Shown: positions 27,818 to 41,253 of the stretch, in pieces
Numbering within the stretch: the stretch's first letter is position 1
How the letters are laid out: every line of letters starts with the position of its first letter
Source of the DNA: Adineta vaga
Lineage: Eukaryota > Animalia > Rotifera
Reading direction: 5' to 3'
NCBI GenBank assembly: GCA_021613535.1
Contig: CP075495.1
Coordinates: forward strand, 12,090,001 to 12,154,000
Length of the DNA stretch: 64,000 nucleotides
Program-made: the position numbers and the translations under genes
The notes under the pieces: generated by a model
Databases searched by the model: none
What the model was told of the DNA's origin: nothing
What the model saw: the letters and a program-made list of their open reading frames with translations, nothing else

Positions 27818-29971
27818 ATGGCAGCTGCAATTGACGAAGGTGTGGGTAAAGTTCGTCGACCTGAACTTTTACATAAAATTGATATTGAAGTTAGTATAAA
27901 TGACGCTATTTTACTCATATCAGAAGAAGGTATTATAACAGCACTAGATGATCGGTATGTTTAGAAAATTCAATGGATCGAAATTATACTTTGAATTGAA
28001 TCTTTTTTTTAGAACTCTACGCATTTGGTTACGAAGACAAACAGGCAAATATTGGCCTTCTGTATGTTATACATTAGAAAGTAAAAGACCGAACATGATC
28101 GAAAGAACAAGAAGAATATATCATATACTTGATTTTAGGTGCACCATCCGCACTTTTCTATGATGAATCATCACGACGACTTTTCTGTGGTTGTGATTCT
28201 GGTCTTCTTCACGTAAAAGATTTCCATTCGATGATCTTTTCTCTAACTGTATAAATTAATTTTCTAGGAATTTCTTGTTTCCGAAGATTTTAATAAAATC
28301 ACTTTACAATGTACTTATTTGGGTCATCAAACTCGTATTCATGCCGTATATTTTTCAGCACGAAATAATTTATTATTAAGTGTTTGTCGTGAAAAGAAAT
28401 TCAATTATTATTCAACAGATGCATCAATTGAGAATCATCAACATGCACTTGGAAGTTATACATTAACATCATGGGGTATGTCAATAACAATGGATGAAAT
28501 ATCACAACATTGCTTTGTTGGTGATTCAAATGGAACGATTCATTTTCTAAAGATCGATACTAATAATAAATGTAATTTGATCACAACATTAAAAGGACAT
28601 ACAGGTTCGGTCATATATTCTTGTTCTTATCTAAAATTTCAATTCTATCTTTCTTTGTTTAAAGGAAGTATTCAAAATCTTCTATGGGATGTTGATGCTG
28701 CATGGTTATTTTCGGGTAGTTTCGATACATCTGTGGTCGTATGGGATGTTGGCGCCCATCAAGGTCTTGCTGTAGAATTAAATGGTCATTCAGATCGTTT
28801 AGTTGGAATATCATATGATAATTTACGTAAACTTTTGATTACTTGTTCGGCTGATGGACATATTGGTGTATGGCCAATGAATGTGAAACGCAATGAAACA
28901 CCAAAATGGAACGAAAGTGACTTTTGTCAGATATGTCATTTACCATTCTTTTGGAATATACGAGCAATGTGGATACAAAAACAAATTGGATTACGACAGG
29001 TTTGTGTATTAGAAAACTAACTGTTCGTTATTTCTTCTCTTTTGTCGTTGCATGATTTTAGCATCATTGTCGAAAATGTGGTCGTGCTGTATGCGATAAA
29101 TGTTCACAAACACGTAAAGCTCTTCCATTATTGGGTTATGAAACTGTTCAACGTGTTTGTAATGATTGTGTGGGTACATTAAGAAATGATGAGTAAGTTG
29201 ATTCTCCTTGTTTTTATTGGTTTATAGAGAATGTTTGTTTTTTCTATCTAGAACGGTACCACTTGCGTCGTTTTATGATGCACGTCAAGGAACAATTAGA
29301 ATGGATTATAATCAAGGAAAAAAAGTTATGATGACGGTTGGAACCGATCGAACAATCAAAGTAAGTCTTTTTTTACCTACTATCGAAAATGTTCCAAGAA
29401 ACTTATTAGTATTCCAGTATTGTTCAGAGTAGATTGCATCAAGAGATGAATGTTAATTTCTCAGATTTATATATCTTGTTGCTTGTGTTAGTTGATCAAC
29501 TGTTACATTCGCATTTCGAATGTAAAAGTGTGCTTTGACATCTATAATAGCAAGGTTATCTGGAGGGCATGATCGTATACGCGTATGTAAAATGAATAGA
29601 ATGAGAATATGTTAGAACGATGAAAGATCGAGTATGTGCGAAGTTATACAAAAATTAGGTGCTGAATGTCCTTATAGAATGATGACATAATTACTGATAG
29701 TAATCGAAGAAGCACTGATCACAAGAGAAAAGAAAGTCAATAAGTCTATAATACAAAAGATAGGATTACGATGCATCGAAGGTGATAGATTCATGGTTCA
29801 AATTAACATCAATGTCATCAATATGTCTGTCACAAGAGATACAACTAAATCAATGAGTAATTCCACTAGGAATTAGAAGATGATGCTACTACCTTACTAG
29901 AAATATTATCATCCTTTCGAATGAAACAATTTTTCTTCTTTTAGATTTGGGATATGTCATCAGTGGTATGA
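27818..29971 (+). CDS. WDFY2: WD-repeat and FYVE domain protein (WDFY1/2)
   Basis: MAAAI...RPELLHKI, RTLRIWLRRQTGKYWPSVC, WD40 repeats, FYVE ETPKWNESDFCQICHLPFFWN...GLRQHHCRKCGRAVCDKC...RVCNDC, and last exon 29945-29971 IWDMSSVV*. Confidence 0.93.
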
Positions 29972-30442
29972 AGAATGAATGAAATTTTGTTTTGTACCTG
30001 CATTCCATTATTAATTTTAACATTCCAATGAATTGAATGAACATCATTTTTCATTTCTCTTTTCGCTTATAAATATATTTATTTTTGTGACTTCTCCTTT
30101 TTTTTCCTCTTTTAATTGATTTATTGTTGTATCGTTACGGATTTTTGTCTTCATCTTCTTGAAAATCGTTGTCTAGTAATCCTAACCAAGTCTATATTCG
30201 ATGTACATGCATTTAACAGAAAAAAAAGCAATATATTGATGATGAAATTTCTTCTTTTTTTGTAGATTATATTTTAATTTAGAATGAATTAATGGTCAAG
30301 CATCACATCACATCGATTCATCTAAACAAATCAATCATTCTAGTTCTGTGTCATGACTAACTTCAATGACATAACATTCAATGCAAACTATAGAATTATT
30401 TAGAAAAACTTTCTTCTTTTAGATAACATATATATTATTAAA

Positions 30443-33400
30443 ATGGATCAAATCAATCATTCAGGAAAAATCTTAGTTACAGCATTATATCCATTCAAAG
30501 CACAAAATACAGATGAAGTAAATAAAATAATCTGATGATTATCTTTTTGTCTATCAATAAATCTTGACCTTTAATCGAGAAGCTCTAGAGAAGAAATCTC
30601 CAGTGAATATATTTTCTTTACGTCATATCAGATAAAACAAACAGATAGAGACAATGTTTCTAATGGATTGATTTAATTATTCTATTGATCTAATATTTTC
30701 TTTTCTTGTGACTTTTGCCTTTTAGTTATCATTTGCAAAGAATGATAGTATTATTATAACACAAGCACCGACTGATGGAGGTTGGTGGGAAGGTACCTTA
30801 GATGGTAAAACTGGCTGGTTTCCATCCAATTATGTTGAACAAGTTATACAAAAATCAGGTATGTGAGAACAAAAATACAAGTGAATTTCTCGAACAATGC
30901 GCATATGTTGAAGGTTATCGTGTTTTTTTCTGGTATATTATCTGTCGATTTTGTCACTTTGATTACTCGTACAAATAAATACAACTAATATCGTTGATGT
31001 CTGTCATCAGACAAGCAGCAGGAGGATATGGTAAATGAGGAAGAGAAAGGAAGAAGAAGAAGAAGAAGAAGAAGAAGGAAAAAAGAAGGACAGCTACAAC
31101 TTCTGTTTCTCTTTCTTATTCTTTGATATATTCGACAGAACTCTTTCTCATCTTCTTCGTCAATTCTACTGATAGTTGTAGTACTACGATTGATGGTAGT
31201 TAATATTTAGTTGTTACTATTGAAAGTCGATCTCTTTTGCTTTTCTACTTCAATGCGATCAACAAGTTGTGTATCATGTCGAATATTTGGTTGCAAAACA
31301 CGTATGTAGAGAAAAAAAATCGATTTCTACGGATTTCTATTTGTTTAAAAGAAGATCAATGTCATCTTTGATCAATCTTTCAAGATAATCATATAAACAT
31401 ATCTTTTAGTCATTAAAAGATGATTTGTTGTTGTTGTTCTTCTTCTTCGTCTTCTCCTCACAATCTTAACGAACGATATAAACCTAGAATCTTTTCTATT
31501 TAGATTCTACACCATCAACGCAAAGTACATCGTCACAGCAATGTGCCGAAATGCGTGCTCATCGAGAAACGGTTAGTCGAAATTGAAGATAAGAAGAGAA
31601 TTTCAATTCATGTCAACACGCGACGTTTTTTTCTCCGAGAAAACAAATCTGCAATTCTTTCGAGAGTTAAATGAAACATTATTTGTTTAGTTGATCTATT
31701 AGTAAATTACATAATGTCAAAAAAGAGATGCAGAGAGAGAAAGATAGAAGTTTATCAAGTAAAGGTTGAAGTAGACATCAAAGTAATTATCAAGAAATAG
31801 ATATATCAATAAAGATCTGATCTTTGTGATGATAGCTAAAGAATCTATATGTACATCTCCAATAGAATGTTTTGACAATAAGATATTCAAAGAATTAAAA
31901 ACTTCTGATTCGAAAATGAAATTATCGAGTTGAGCAACTCTATTCTTATATAAGTGTTAATTATTATGATCATCAGTTAGTATTACACTTCGTTAGATAT
32001 ATCCATTGACCTTTCAATTGACATTTCAACAATTGATTAAAATCAATATGTGATCGTTCGTTCAGATTGTGAATAGATGTATCTTTGAAAATACTATCTT
32101 TTTTTTAAAATGTATATACATGTATTCTTAGATTCTCGAAGCATTACTCGAAGGTGAACAACGATATATAAATGAATTAGAAGATTTTATTCAAAAAACA
32201 ATACAACCATTATCTCATATACTTGCAACGTAAATGATTGTTCATCGATAATCAATTTCTACATATCTCTTGAATACTTCTAGATCGGGACAAGCACATC
32301 TTTATTTGGATGTTCATATACTTGATGAATTAATTAAATTTCATCGTCATCTATCACATGCTTTACGAGATACGTTAAAGTAAAAATAGGCTCGATATTA
32401 TTTGAAAGATACTTATTCTTTGTACGTATAAATTTCAGAACTCAACATCGTGTTGGTGGAATATTTCTTCAATTAGCACCAAGTTTAAAGTCTATTTTTG
32501 AACCATATTGTTATCAACATGCGAAAATACTTTTTCTATTCAATCATAATAAGTATATAGATACATTTGATGTTTATTTTGTCGGTTGTAAGTCGTTTGG
32601 TTTTTATTTAGAGATCGAATCTTAACTGCTTTAGCCAAAACAGATTCATCTATTGATGCAAATTATTTATACATACAATTAATCAAAAATCTTTCACTAC
32701 CATTGAATCGTTTAGATAAATATGCCAATTTACTTAAAGAATATTTACATAATCTCGAAGTAAAATTATTACTTTTTATGATAAAGTATTCGAAATCAAG
32801 GTTATATTTCTCTTTCTCTTTTCAAAGGAATTTCATATTGATCGAGGTGATGCACAACGAGCAGCGGAATATTATGCTGAATTGGCTGTAATTAGAACAA
32901 TTATTTTCTTATAGACAAATCTTAACATTTCGTTTTTTTCTCTCTTGTTCTTTTGTTTAGTGTCTCGGTGCAGAATGGCGTAAATGTAAAGAGTGGGAAC
33001 TTGATATTATTCATAGTACTATACATGGACTTGGTTCGGAAGTAAGATGAATTTCTTTATTAATCGATCATCTTTGAATAAATTTTTCCAGATTCCTATA
33101 ACATATTTTGACTTTTGGACACGTATAGACATTTAGATCGTAGTATGACTAATGAGAAAGGAAATAAATGGCTCGTTTAACATCTGATATGTATAGATTA
33201 AATGCTATTCGTCATGGTGAAATCCAAAGATAATGAGAAGAGAACAAGATGATGGATTAATAATGATGATTTAATTTCTTCTTCTTCTTCTTCTTCTTAG
33301 TCTTTAAGTTCATACGGTGATGCAATTTGTCTTAGTCCTGTTAATGTTCTATCGGAAAATCTCGGACAAATAGCATTGGAACGTATAGCAATTCTATATC

Positions 33401-34826
33401 CATCAACACTTTTCCTACTTTCAACAACACCATCAACTGTACAGCAAGAATATCAAATTGAGGTTTAACAAAAAAGAATGGAAACATGAAATTTAATTCT
33501 GAGGTTTTCATCTATTTTTTAGAATCGATTTCTATTGAATCAAATCACCATTAGTAAAATTGTTGATGATAATATCCTAGATAAACGTGCTCTGAAAATT
33601 AACGGTATGAAAATCTTACAAAAAAATATTTTTGATAACACATGAAATAATGCTATTATTAGCTCCTTCGAATCAATCAATGATTATTACATTTCCTAGT
33701 CCGGTGGAATATCATCAGTGGTGTGAAAAATTTTGTTCATTATTATCACCAAAATCACCTCAAACTCATCATAATTTTCTCAATGCACCTTATACACCAC
33801 AACAAGTTTCAAAAGTATTTAAAACGAGACGAATAAAAAAAGGCTATAGAGTCAAGTTTTTTTCTTTTTAGTCGGTATCATCGTTACCCAATACAGCAAT
33901 GAAACCATCACCATTAAGTATGGGTAATGTTTCTTCGAAGACACCAATTCAATCACCTGTACCAAAACATAATATACCACCTGTAGCATGGTCAAAAGGT
34001 TGTCTTCGACCACACTCACCATTACGACCGCGTCAACAAGGAGCACTTGCTAGCCATTCTTCGACAACTACATCTGCCACGAATTTAATGGGATCACCAA
34101 TACTATCAGGTGGAAGTGGTATTGGGATTAATGATGTATCTGGTACTCCGAATGAACCAGGATCAAATCGCACGTTGAGACGTTTCATGACAATGAAGAA
34201 ATCAAAAGCAAATGAGTTTCTCAAACGAGGTTCATATCATCTTTTGTTGTCAAAATTAAGATTAATTATTTATTCGTCTATTCTTCTTTTTTCTTTAGTT
34301 GAAACAAGTGAAGGTGATTCACTTTTACTATCTGTCATTGAAGCTTATTGTATTACAAATAATAATAATACTGGAACTGCCATTGCTGGTTTAAACACAT
34401 TGATTGCTAAAGCACGACATTCGATATCAACAGCTGGTATAAACTATATTCATTAGAGTAACACAATTTGATCCATGTTTTTTTCATAGGAATTTCTAAT
34501 ACTACTGGTGCTAATGTTGATCATCCATTACTACCGACTAGTGGACAACAAAATCTACATTCAGATCACTCAAACATTCCACTATTACCTACACAAACAA
34601 CAAATACAACAACAACTGATCTGTACTTGATATTATTCATTCTTTCTGTTAAAGAATTTTACGGTGTTTTGTTTTATTTAGGGAACGTCGTATGTTAATA
34701 GATATGATGAATGAACTTCGATTAGGATATAAATCTCTGCAACATGAACTCGAAGAAGAACGTCGTGCACGTCGCCAATTAGAAGGTCAGATACAACGAC
34801 TACTTACAACATCAACTGGAAAATAA
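30443..34826 (+). CDS. ARHGEF7: beta-PIX / ARHGEF6/7-like Rac/Cdc42 GEF (SH3-DH-PH, GIT-binding, coiled coil)
   Basis: SH3 [15 protein letters not shown]...[20 protein letters not shown]; DH ([18 protein letters not shown]...[11 protein letters not shown]); [14 protein letters not shown]; LLSVIEAYC (GIT-binding motif); C-terminal [12 protein letters not shown] zipper; stop TAA 34824-34826. Confidence 0.9.
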
Positions 34827-35074
34827 TTCAATCTCATTTCTATATTATTTCTTTTCATAAATCAGGTTATGTTACATATATACATATATATACTTTTGTA
34901 AATTAATCTCAGCTTTTGTCTTCCATTTCTATTTATAAATAATAAATCCAAATCTTCAGCGCCAATTCTTTTTTATGTACACAACTATTTTTTTTGCTAT
35001 CTGAATTCTCATCCAACATTCTGAGTTCAATATAAGTTGTTGTTTTTTTTTGTGTTGAATTTGTAATATTAAAT

Positions 35075-37509
35075 ATGCTTTCACAAAAATCAGAAAGTGT
35101 TAAAGTTCTTATACGTTGTCGACCATTTAATCAAAAAGAATCATTGAATCATGCAATGAAATGTATTGAAATTCAAGAATTTGATCAGAAAAAAACGCAA
35201 TGTTTGATTAAATTAATAAGTCCAAAAAGATACCGACGCCGAATATCTCGATTATTTCGTTTTGATTCCATTTATGATGAAAATCAACGAACGGAACATA
35301 TTTTTCAAGATTTTGTTCAATCATTAGTATGTGATGCAACGTTACATGGTTATTCTGGAACAGTTTTTGCATATGGACAAACAGGATCTGGTCGGTTTTT
35401 ATTGATAAAGATTCAGTTTGATCAGCTGGTTATTGTCTGTAGGTAAATCTTGGACAATGACTGGTTGCCCATGTCATTCTGAGATTGGATTGATATCAAA
35501 TGCTATTGAACATGTTTTTAACCTTGTTCATCAATATCGATCCAATTGTGAACAAGAATTTACTATAAAATGTGCATATTTGGAAAGTAAATTGTTCATC
35601 CTTTTTGGATCTAAAGGAAAAGTGTGAAGAAATTTGTTTTAGTTTATAATGAAGAATTACATGATCTTTTACGACCTCGTACTTCATCAAAATCTTACTC
35701 ACGTCTAGAATTACGTGAAAATCCTCGTTCATCTGGTGTTCAAATAACGAATTTAACATGGAAAACTGTTTATTCAATTGATGAATGTTTAAAATTCAAA
35801 CGTTTAGGTGATTTAGCTCGAACTATGGGTTCAACACAAATGAATCGTGATTCATCTCGATCACATACAATGTTTTCTCTTTCAATTCAATATCAGAATA
35901 CCAATCAAACAAAACAATTTCGTCAAGGTAAATTAAATTTCGTTGATCTAGCTGGTAGTGAACGTCAAATGAAAACTGGTGCTAGTGGACAACAATTACT
36001 TGAATCAGCTAAAATCAATTTATCATTATCAGCTTTAAATAAAGTTATTTCATCATTAGTACATACGCATACGACACATGTACCATATCGAGATTCAAAA
36101 CTAACACGTCTTTTACAAGATAGTATTGGTGGAACAACAAAAACAATTATGATTGCATGTATATCACCATCAGAAGACAACTATGACGAAACATTATGTA
36201 CACTACGGTAAGTAAAAATCTAAAAAAATAAGACATTTATTAACAATAGTTTAATACATAAAAGAGTAATATCCGAAGTTTTAACGAACTGTTCAGTACA
36301 AATTTATGATTAATAAAGTCATTATTGGCAATGAAATGTTTCATATTTTAGTTATGCATCTCGTACGAAAAACATTCGTAATACTCCAATAATCAATGAA
36401 AATTCTTCACATATTCTTCTTCAACAATATGCTGAAGAAATTCAAAGATTACGAGCTATTATCAATTCTTCTAATCTTCATATGCATTCAATATCACGTT
36501 CGATGATCTTAACAGATGTCAAACTAGATGATCAACATTCAATAAAAACACTTTGGGATCATCAAATATCATCGGAAACGTCACCTTTGATCAAGTAAAT
36601 TATTAATAGAAAAGAAAATTAACCTTTTTTACCAGAAATCTATTGCTTATATCATATAGATGTCAACGTACGGTCAGCTGTCAAACGATATCAATGATTC
36701 CCGATGCTGTTATTTCATCGACACAAACACTCTCTAGTCAAGATGATAATTATCAACAATCAATCGTTATTTTTGATGAAAATCAACAGAAGTATCAAAT
36801 ACTTACTTGGCATTACTGTCAGATTAGTTCGAAAAATGATCGATATCTGATCGTTCTTGTTAAAGAAAATGAAAATGAAAATGCTTGGTTTGGTACTTTA
36901 ACTACAAAACTAATGGAAGATCAAGTAATCATATGGAAAAATAGTCTTCATCATTGTCAACATCAATTATATCTATCGGAGAAAATCGAAGATCGAATTA
37001 CTCATTTTGAAATACAAGAAACTTTCGATTCCATAGTAAGAGTATCTATCATGATGGAATATTCTAGAATTTCTTCCTTTTAGTCTTCAAATTTCATCTA
37101 TTCATTGATTCTTCATAATTCATCGAGTTGTGTTATTGTGAATAACATTTCTTCTTATCCAAATGTATCTCTAACTAATCATTTTATAACATTAAAAGAT
37201 ATAAATGGTACTATTTATTATCTATCAGATATCTTACAAACATTCTTATCGAATGAATTAATAGTTTTTACCCTTAATCAACATAATTCCTATGAACTTC
37301 ATCATATTTTATTCAATTTGGACAAGGTTTCAGAAGATAATAATCAAATAGAAGTTAAACATTGTTCTTGTTGTTTCAATGTAACGAAATTAATATCATC
37401 ATCACATTTCTTATCATTTATCAATATGTCGTGTGAAATTGAAGATCAGAATGAGATTACTAGTGCAAATTTGCATTTCATTGATATAGATACTTATTCT
37501 ATAAACTAA
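35075..37509 (+). CDS. Kinesin with N-terminal motor (kinesin-2/KIF17-like) and unrecognised tail
   Basis: ESVKVLIRCRP, P-loop FAYGQTGSGKSWTM, NRDSSRSH, FVDLAGSE, HVPYRDSKLTRLLQDS, and neck YASRTKNIRNTPIINE...LLQQYAEEIQRLR. Six exons, frame-consistent to stop at 37509. Confidence 0.88.
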
Positions 37510-37678
37510 TCCATCTAAATTTCGAAAGAAGAGAAAAAAAACAACCGAATCACCGTGTGACTTTTCGACTTGAAAATTAATCTTCAAACATTTGGTATTT
37601 ATTCCCATATACAAATGATCAGATAAATACTCCTTGATTTTTATCCGTTTTTGCTATATTTTACGTATTTACTCTAAA

Positions 37679-38416
37679 ATGAAGCTTTGCATTGTTGCTA
37701 CTCTCGTTATTCTTCTTTCTGGTAAAAGAAATATTTTGTTTTCGTTTCGAAATGTTTTTTGAAAATATCGCGTTTTAGTCTCGGCTTATGCGGCCAAACC
37801 ACTCTTCCTTGGTTCACTCTGTTTAAATCAAGTAAACTGTTTTGTTAATCCATGTCAAGTATGATGAAAATAATTCTCAAAAAATCATTTTGTTTATTCT
37901 TTTATTCTATCATAGTTTTCACGATGTGCAGGACATTCTAACGCTGTATGCACGTAAGTAATACTGATTGAAAATCGTTGAAACATTCTACTTTACTCTT
38001 TCTAGTGCAAATTATTGCGGTGGTTGTAATGCTATCTGGTCTGTTGATGGCAAACCAGTCGATTGTATGTATTAATTCTATTGATATTGAAATTATTCAT
38101 AGGATTTGATTTTGTCTAGGCACAGGAACAGATGTTGAAGCTGAAGAAAGTATGCGATAAAAAGTTTTCTAATAGAAATATACATGAATAGAATTCTTGT
38201 AGAAAAATGTATCACGGTTAACTGTTTCGTCGATCCATGTGGAATGGCTAAATGTAATAAACATCCTGAAGCCACATGCCGGTATGTTAACAGGAAATTC
38301 TTTTCTTCTCTTCTCCTACGACTACATTATTATCATGTGTCTTTAGATCCAATTATTGCGGTGGTTGTAATGCTTGGTTTTATAACAAAGTTGGACAACG
38401 TGTTGACTGCAACTAA
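37679..38416 (+). CDS. Small secreted Cys-rich protein with two tandem 8-Cys modules
   Basis: Seven short GT-AG exons splice to MKLCIVATLVILLSVSAYAAKPLFLGSLCLNQVNCFVNPCQFSRCAGHSNAVCTANYCGGCNAIWSVDGKPVDCTGTDVEAEEKKCITVNCFVDPCGMAKCNKHPEATCRSNYCGGCNAWFYNKVGQRVDCN*; hydrophobic signal peptide. Confidence 0.85.
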
Positions 38417-38497
38417 ATTTTCTTTTTCTTTTTTTGCTTATTTACAAAACAGACGACAATAAAAGACAAAAAGAAGGAAAGGAATAAAATAAAAATT

Positions 38498-41253
38498 TTA
38501 ACATAAAGTACCATGGATACAAGATAATGATGTTTGATAAGAATCTGATGAATTTTCTAAATTCATATACATATGATCTGATGGAGATGAAGATATTGGA
38601 TAGAAATAACTTTCAACTTCACGATCACATAATAAATCATCTAAAGAATCATATGTCTGTTGAGGAATAGATGTTCGATGATGAATTGGTTTTTGAGATG
38701 AGATTTGATTAGGAACTTGAGAAATCATTAATACGGCACCAACAGAATGTCGTGGCTGTTGTTGTTGTTGTTGTTGTTGTTGTTGATTGAGAAGTGTTAA
38801 ACCATAGGAATTATTCAATAAATCGTCGTCTGTTGTTTTTGTTGGATTTGAATGAAAATAATATTTCTTTGTAACAATATGTTTCGTTGATGGAAAAGAT
38901 ATTCCAGTGTTATTCGACGATGAAAACGAAGGAAATTGATAAATACCTTGTAAAGGTTTATCTGAATGTTTCAATGATTGATTTTCTTTATTTGATTTGA
39001 ATCCATCTAGCTCAATAGTTGATTGTCGACGAGAAACATCTATTGTACGACGACGATTTGATCTTGATGAATGTTTATCAGTTTTTTGTAGTACTGTTGG
39101 TGATGGTGTCATTCTCTCGGTCATTCCTTTGGCTAAAATTGATGAAGAAAATGAAGATGAAGGCGAAAGTGATTTTTGAGTTTGATTTTCCACGCTTGGT
39201 CGAGCAATACGTGCTACCAATGATGAACTTCGTTTTGGTGGTTTAATATTCGGTGGAGTTTGTTGCAACATAGTAGAACTTGCTAGAAAATATAAAGAAA
39301 AAAAAATGTAATTTAAACGTTCTTATTTACTTTGAAAGAACTGTCACTACCTTTTACTCTCGAAGCTCCGTTTTTTGCCTCTGATTACTATCGATTATTG
39401 ATATTTGTAATACTCAAATAAGAGTAAAGTGGTAGGTAGAGTAGTTTAGTATATGTAAAGAATTTTGTATACAAATCAGTCACATACATAGTATTATATG
39501 ACAAAATCAGAACACAAAAGAGAGAGAGAAAAAGAAGAAAGATTGAAGGTATTATGAAGTATTTTAGTGTATCTAAGCAAACATTTTCTATTCTGTTGCC
39601 ACAACATATGAATGCGAGGTATTAATAATTTAATATAGAGAAAGATATAAATATGTGAGCGAAAAAAATCTCAAAAGGAAAAATTGTTTAATCAAAATAG
39701 AAGTATGTTGTTTTGAAAATAACGGAAATTGATTTTTTTTTTCTGTTCGTAATATCAATAGAAAAAAACAGAATTTCAATGTTACGACTTACATATAGAT
39801 GTTTCGTGTTTTCTCTATAAGCGTACGTTTTTTTTTCAACGAATATCGAAACCTTTGACAGAGTTTTGAGTTTATGAATAAGGTGTATTTTTCGTTTTAC
39901 CTTGCTTCTTCTGTTCTTTCTCTCTTTCTCTCTCTATTGCCTGACGTTCTTCATCCATCTTCCTTTCTACATAGACGTATTCGGTTGGCTTCAACTCGTT
40001 TCTTTCTCTCTGTCTCGTTCTTCTAACATGTATACAGCAGGCAAAGCAGCAAGTATGTGTACGTCATATTGTACACGATCATCAACACTTAAGATATGAG
40101 TCAGTTTTTTTGCGTCGAATTATAACCGTATGACAAAAAAAATGGAAAGAAATGAAGAGAGTTCGAATTAAGCAAAAGCAGAGGATCATATATCATTGTC
40201 AAGTGTTTTCTTTGACTTGAAATAGATTTCAAAAATGAAAAGAAAAGAAAACATTGACTTCGATTTATGTTACCTTTATTATCAATTTGTTCAGTTGGTA
40301 ATACTGCCGTTTGTTGTTGATTTTTTCCATGAAGCACTGATAGATCATGATTGTCAATAAGTTCAGTTTGTGTCATTTTAGCTTGTTGATCAAGCCAGGC
40401 TGATATTTTTTCATATGTTGCTCTTGTTGGTTGAATTGGTGAATCTTGATAATATGTAAATGGTAAGGAAATTGTGTGACTTGTAGCAAGTGATGATGGA
40501 ATTACATCATATACTGTTGATTGTTGATGATATTGACGACGGATATTTGTTGATGATATTTGTCGTGAATTTGTTGATCGCATTGTTTGTATATGTTTAG
40601 TTTTGGATGGTATTAGGAAATTTTTTAATTTTGTAAAAAGATTATGAAAACCTTGAAAAAGTAAAAATAAAATCTTTTTCTCATCATCTTAATTGATATT
40701 TTGGGAGTGAAAGAAAATCTCTATATATATATATATATGTATACAAACTGTCTGTTTGTACTAAAAAGAAAACTTCTAACCAATCATTTGTTCTAACGAC
40801 AAATTAGCTCAATAGTTATACAAAGATCTTCTTTTTTCTGCTTTACTAGATACTAGAATAATAGATGGCTACAATCTTCTGTTGATAAGACAGATAATAA
40901 ATATATAGAGGAAATGTCAACAGCACCAATATCAACTATCAAAATAGCAACAGTACAGATAAGTTCCTATTTTTGGCCACGTGCGTTCTGTATCTTTTAG
41001 GTTTACCCTTTGATTTGGTATCATATTGTTGCTGCTGCTGTTGTTGTTGTTTCGAAGCAATTGTTGGCGATGTTTTTTTTGTGGATGCATTTCTTGTTGT
41101 CGATACAGATGAGCCACCTGTCGAATAACCACTTGAAGTAGTGATGGATGTTTCAGGTGATAATGTACCAAGAATTGAATGTTTTAACATATTTGTTATT
41201 TTAGGTGCTTGCAACATTGGTCGATGTGATCGTTGACGTTCAGTAGATAACAT
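38498..41253 (-). CDS. Unknown Ser/Thr/Gln-rich disordered protein (splicing partly uncertain)
   Basis: Co-oriented coding-like exons at about 41253-40957, 40651-40274 and 39282-38498. The last two join in phase 1; the first junction is unresolved. PolyQ tracts; ends IHGTLC*. Confidence 0.55.
38757..38786 (-). repeat. (CAA)n polyglutamine tract within the unknown minus-strand gene
   Basis: The tgttgttgttg... run encodes QQQQQQQQQQ. Confidence 0.85.

Noticed and set aside
29361-29944. Long last WDFY2 intron with ATGATGA...CTGA and a 9-bp hairpin (ttacattcg/cgaatgtaa), possible C/D snoRNA
   Set aside because: The box spacing is only about 40 nt, there is no terminal stem or identifiable rRNA guide, and such motifs are expected by chance in AT-rich DNA.
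4169-39246. Antisense and alternate-frame ORFs overlapping real exons (e.g. 4169-4363, 22413-22622, 34033-34224, 35965-36180, 38997-39179)
   Set aside because: Shadow ORFs explained by codon bias of the sense genes.
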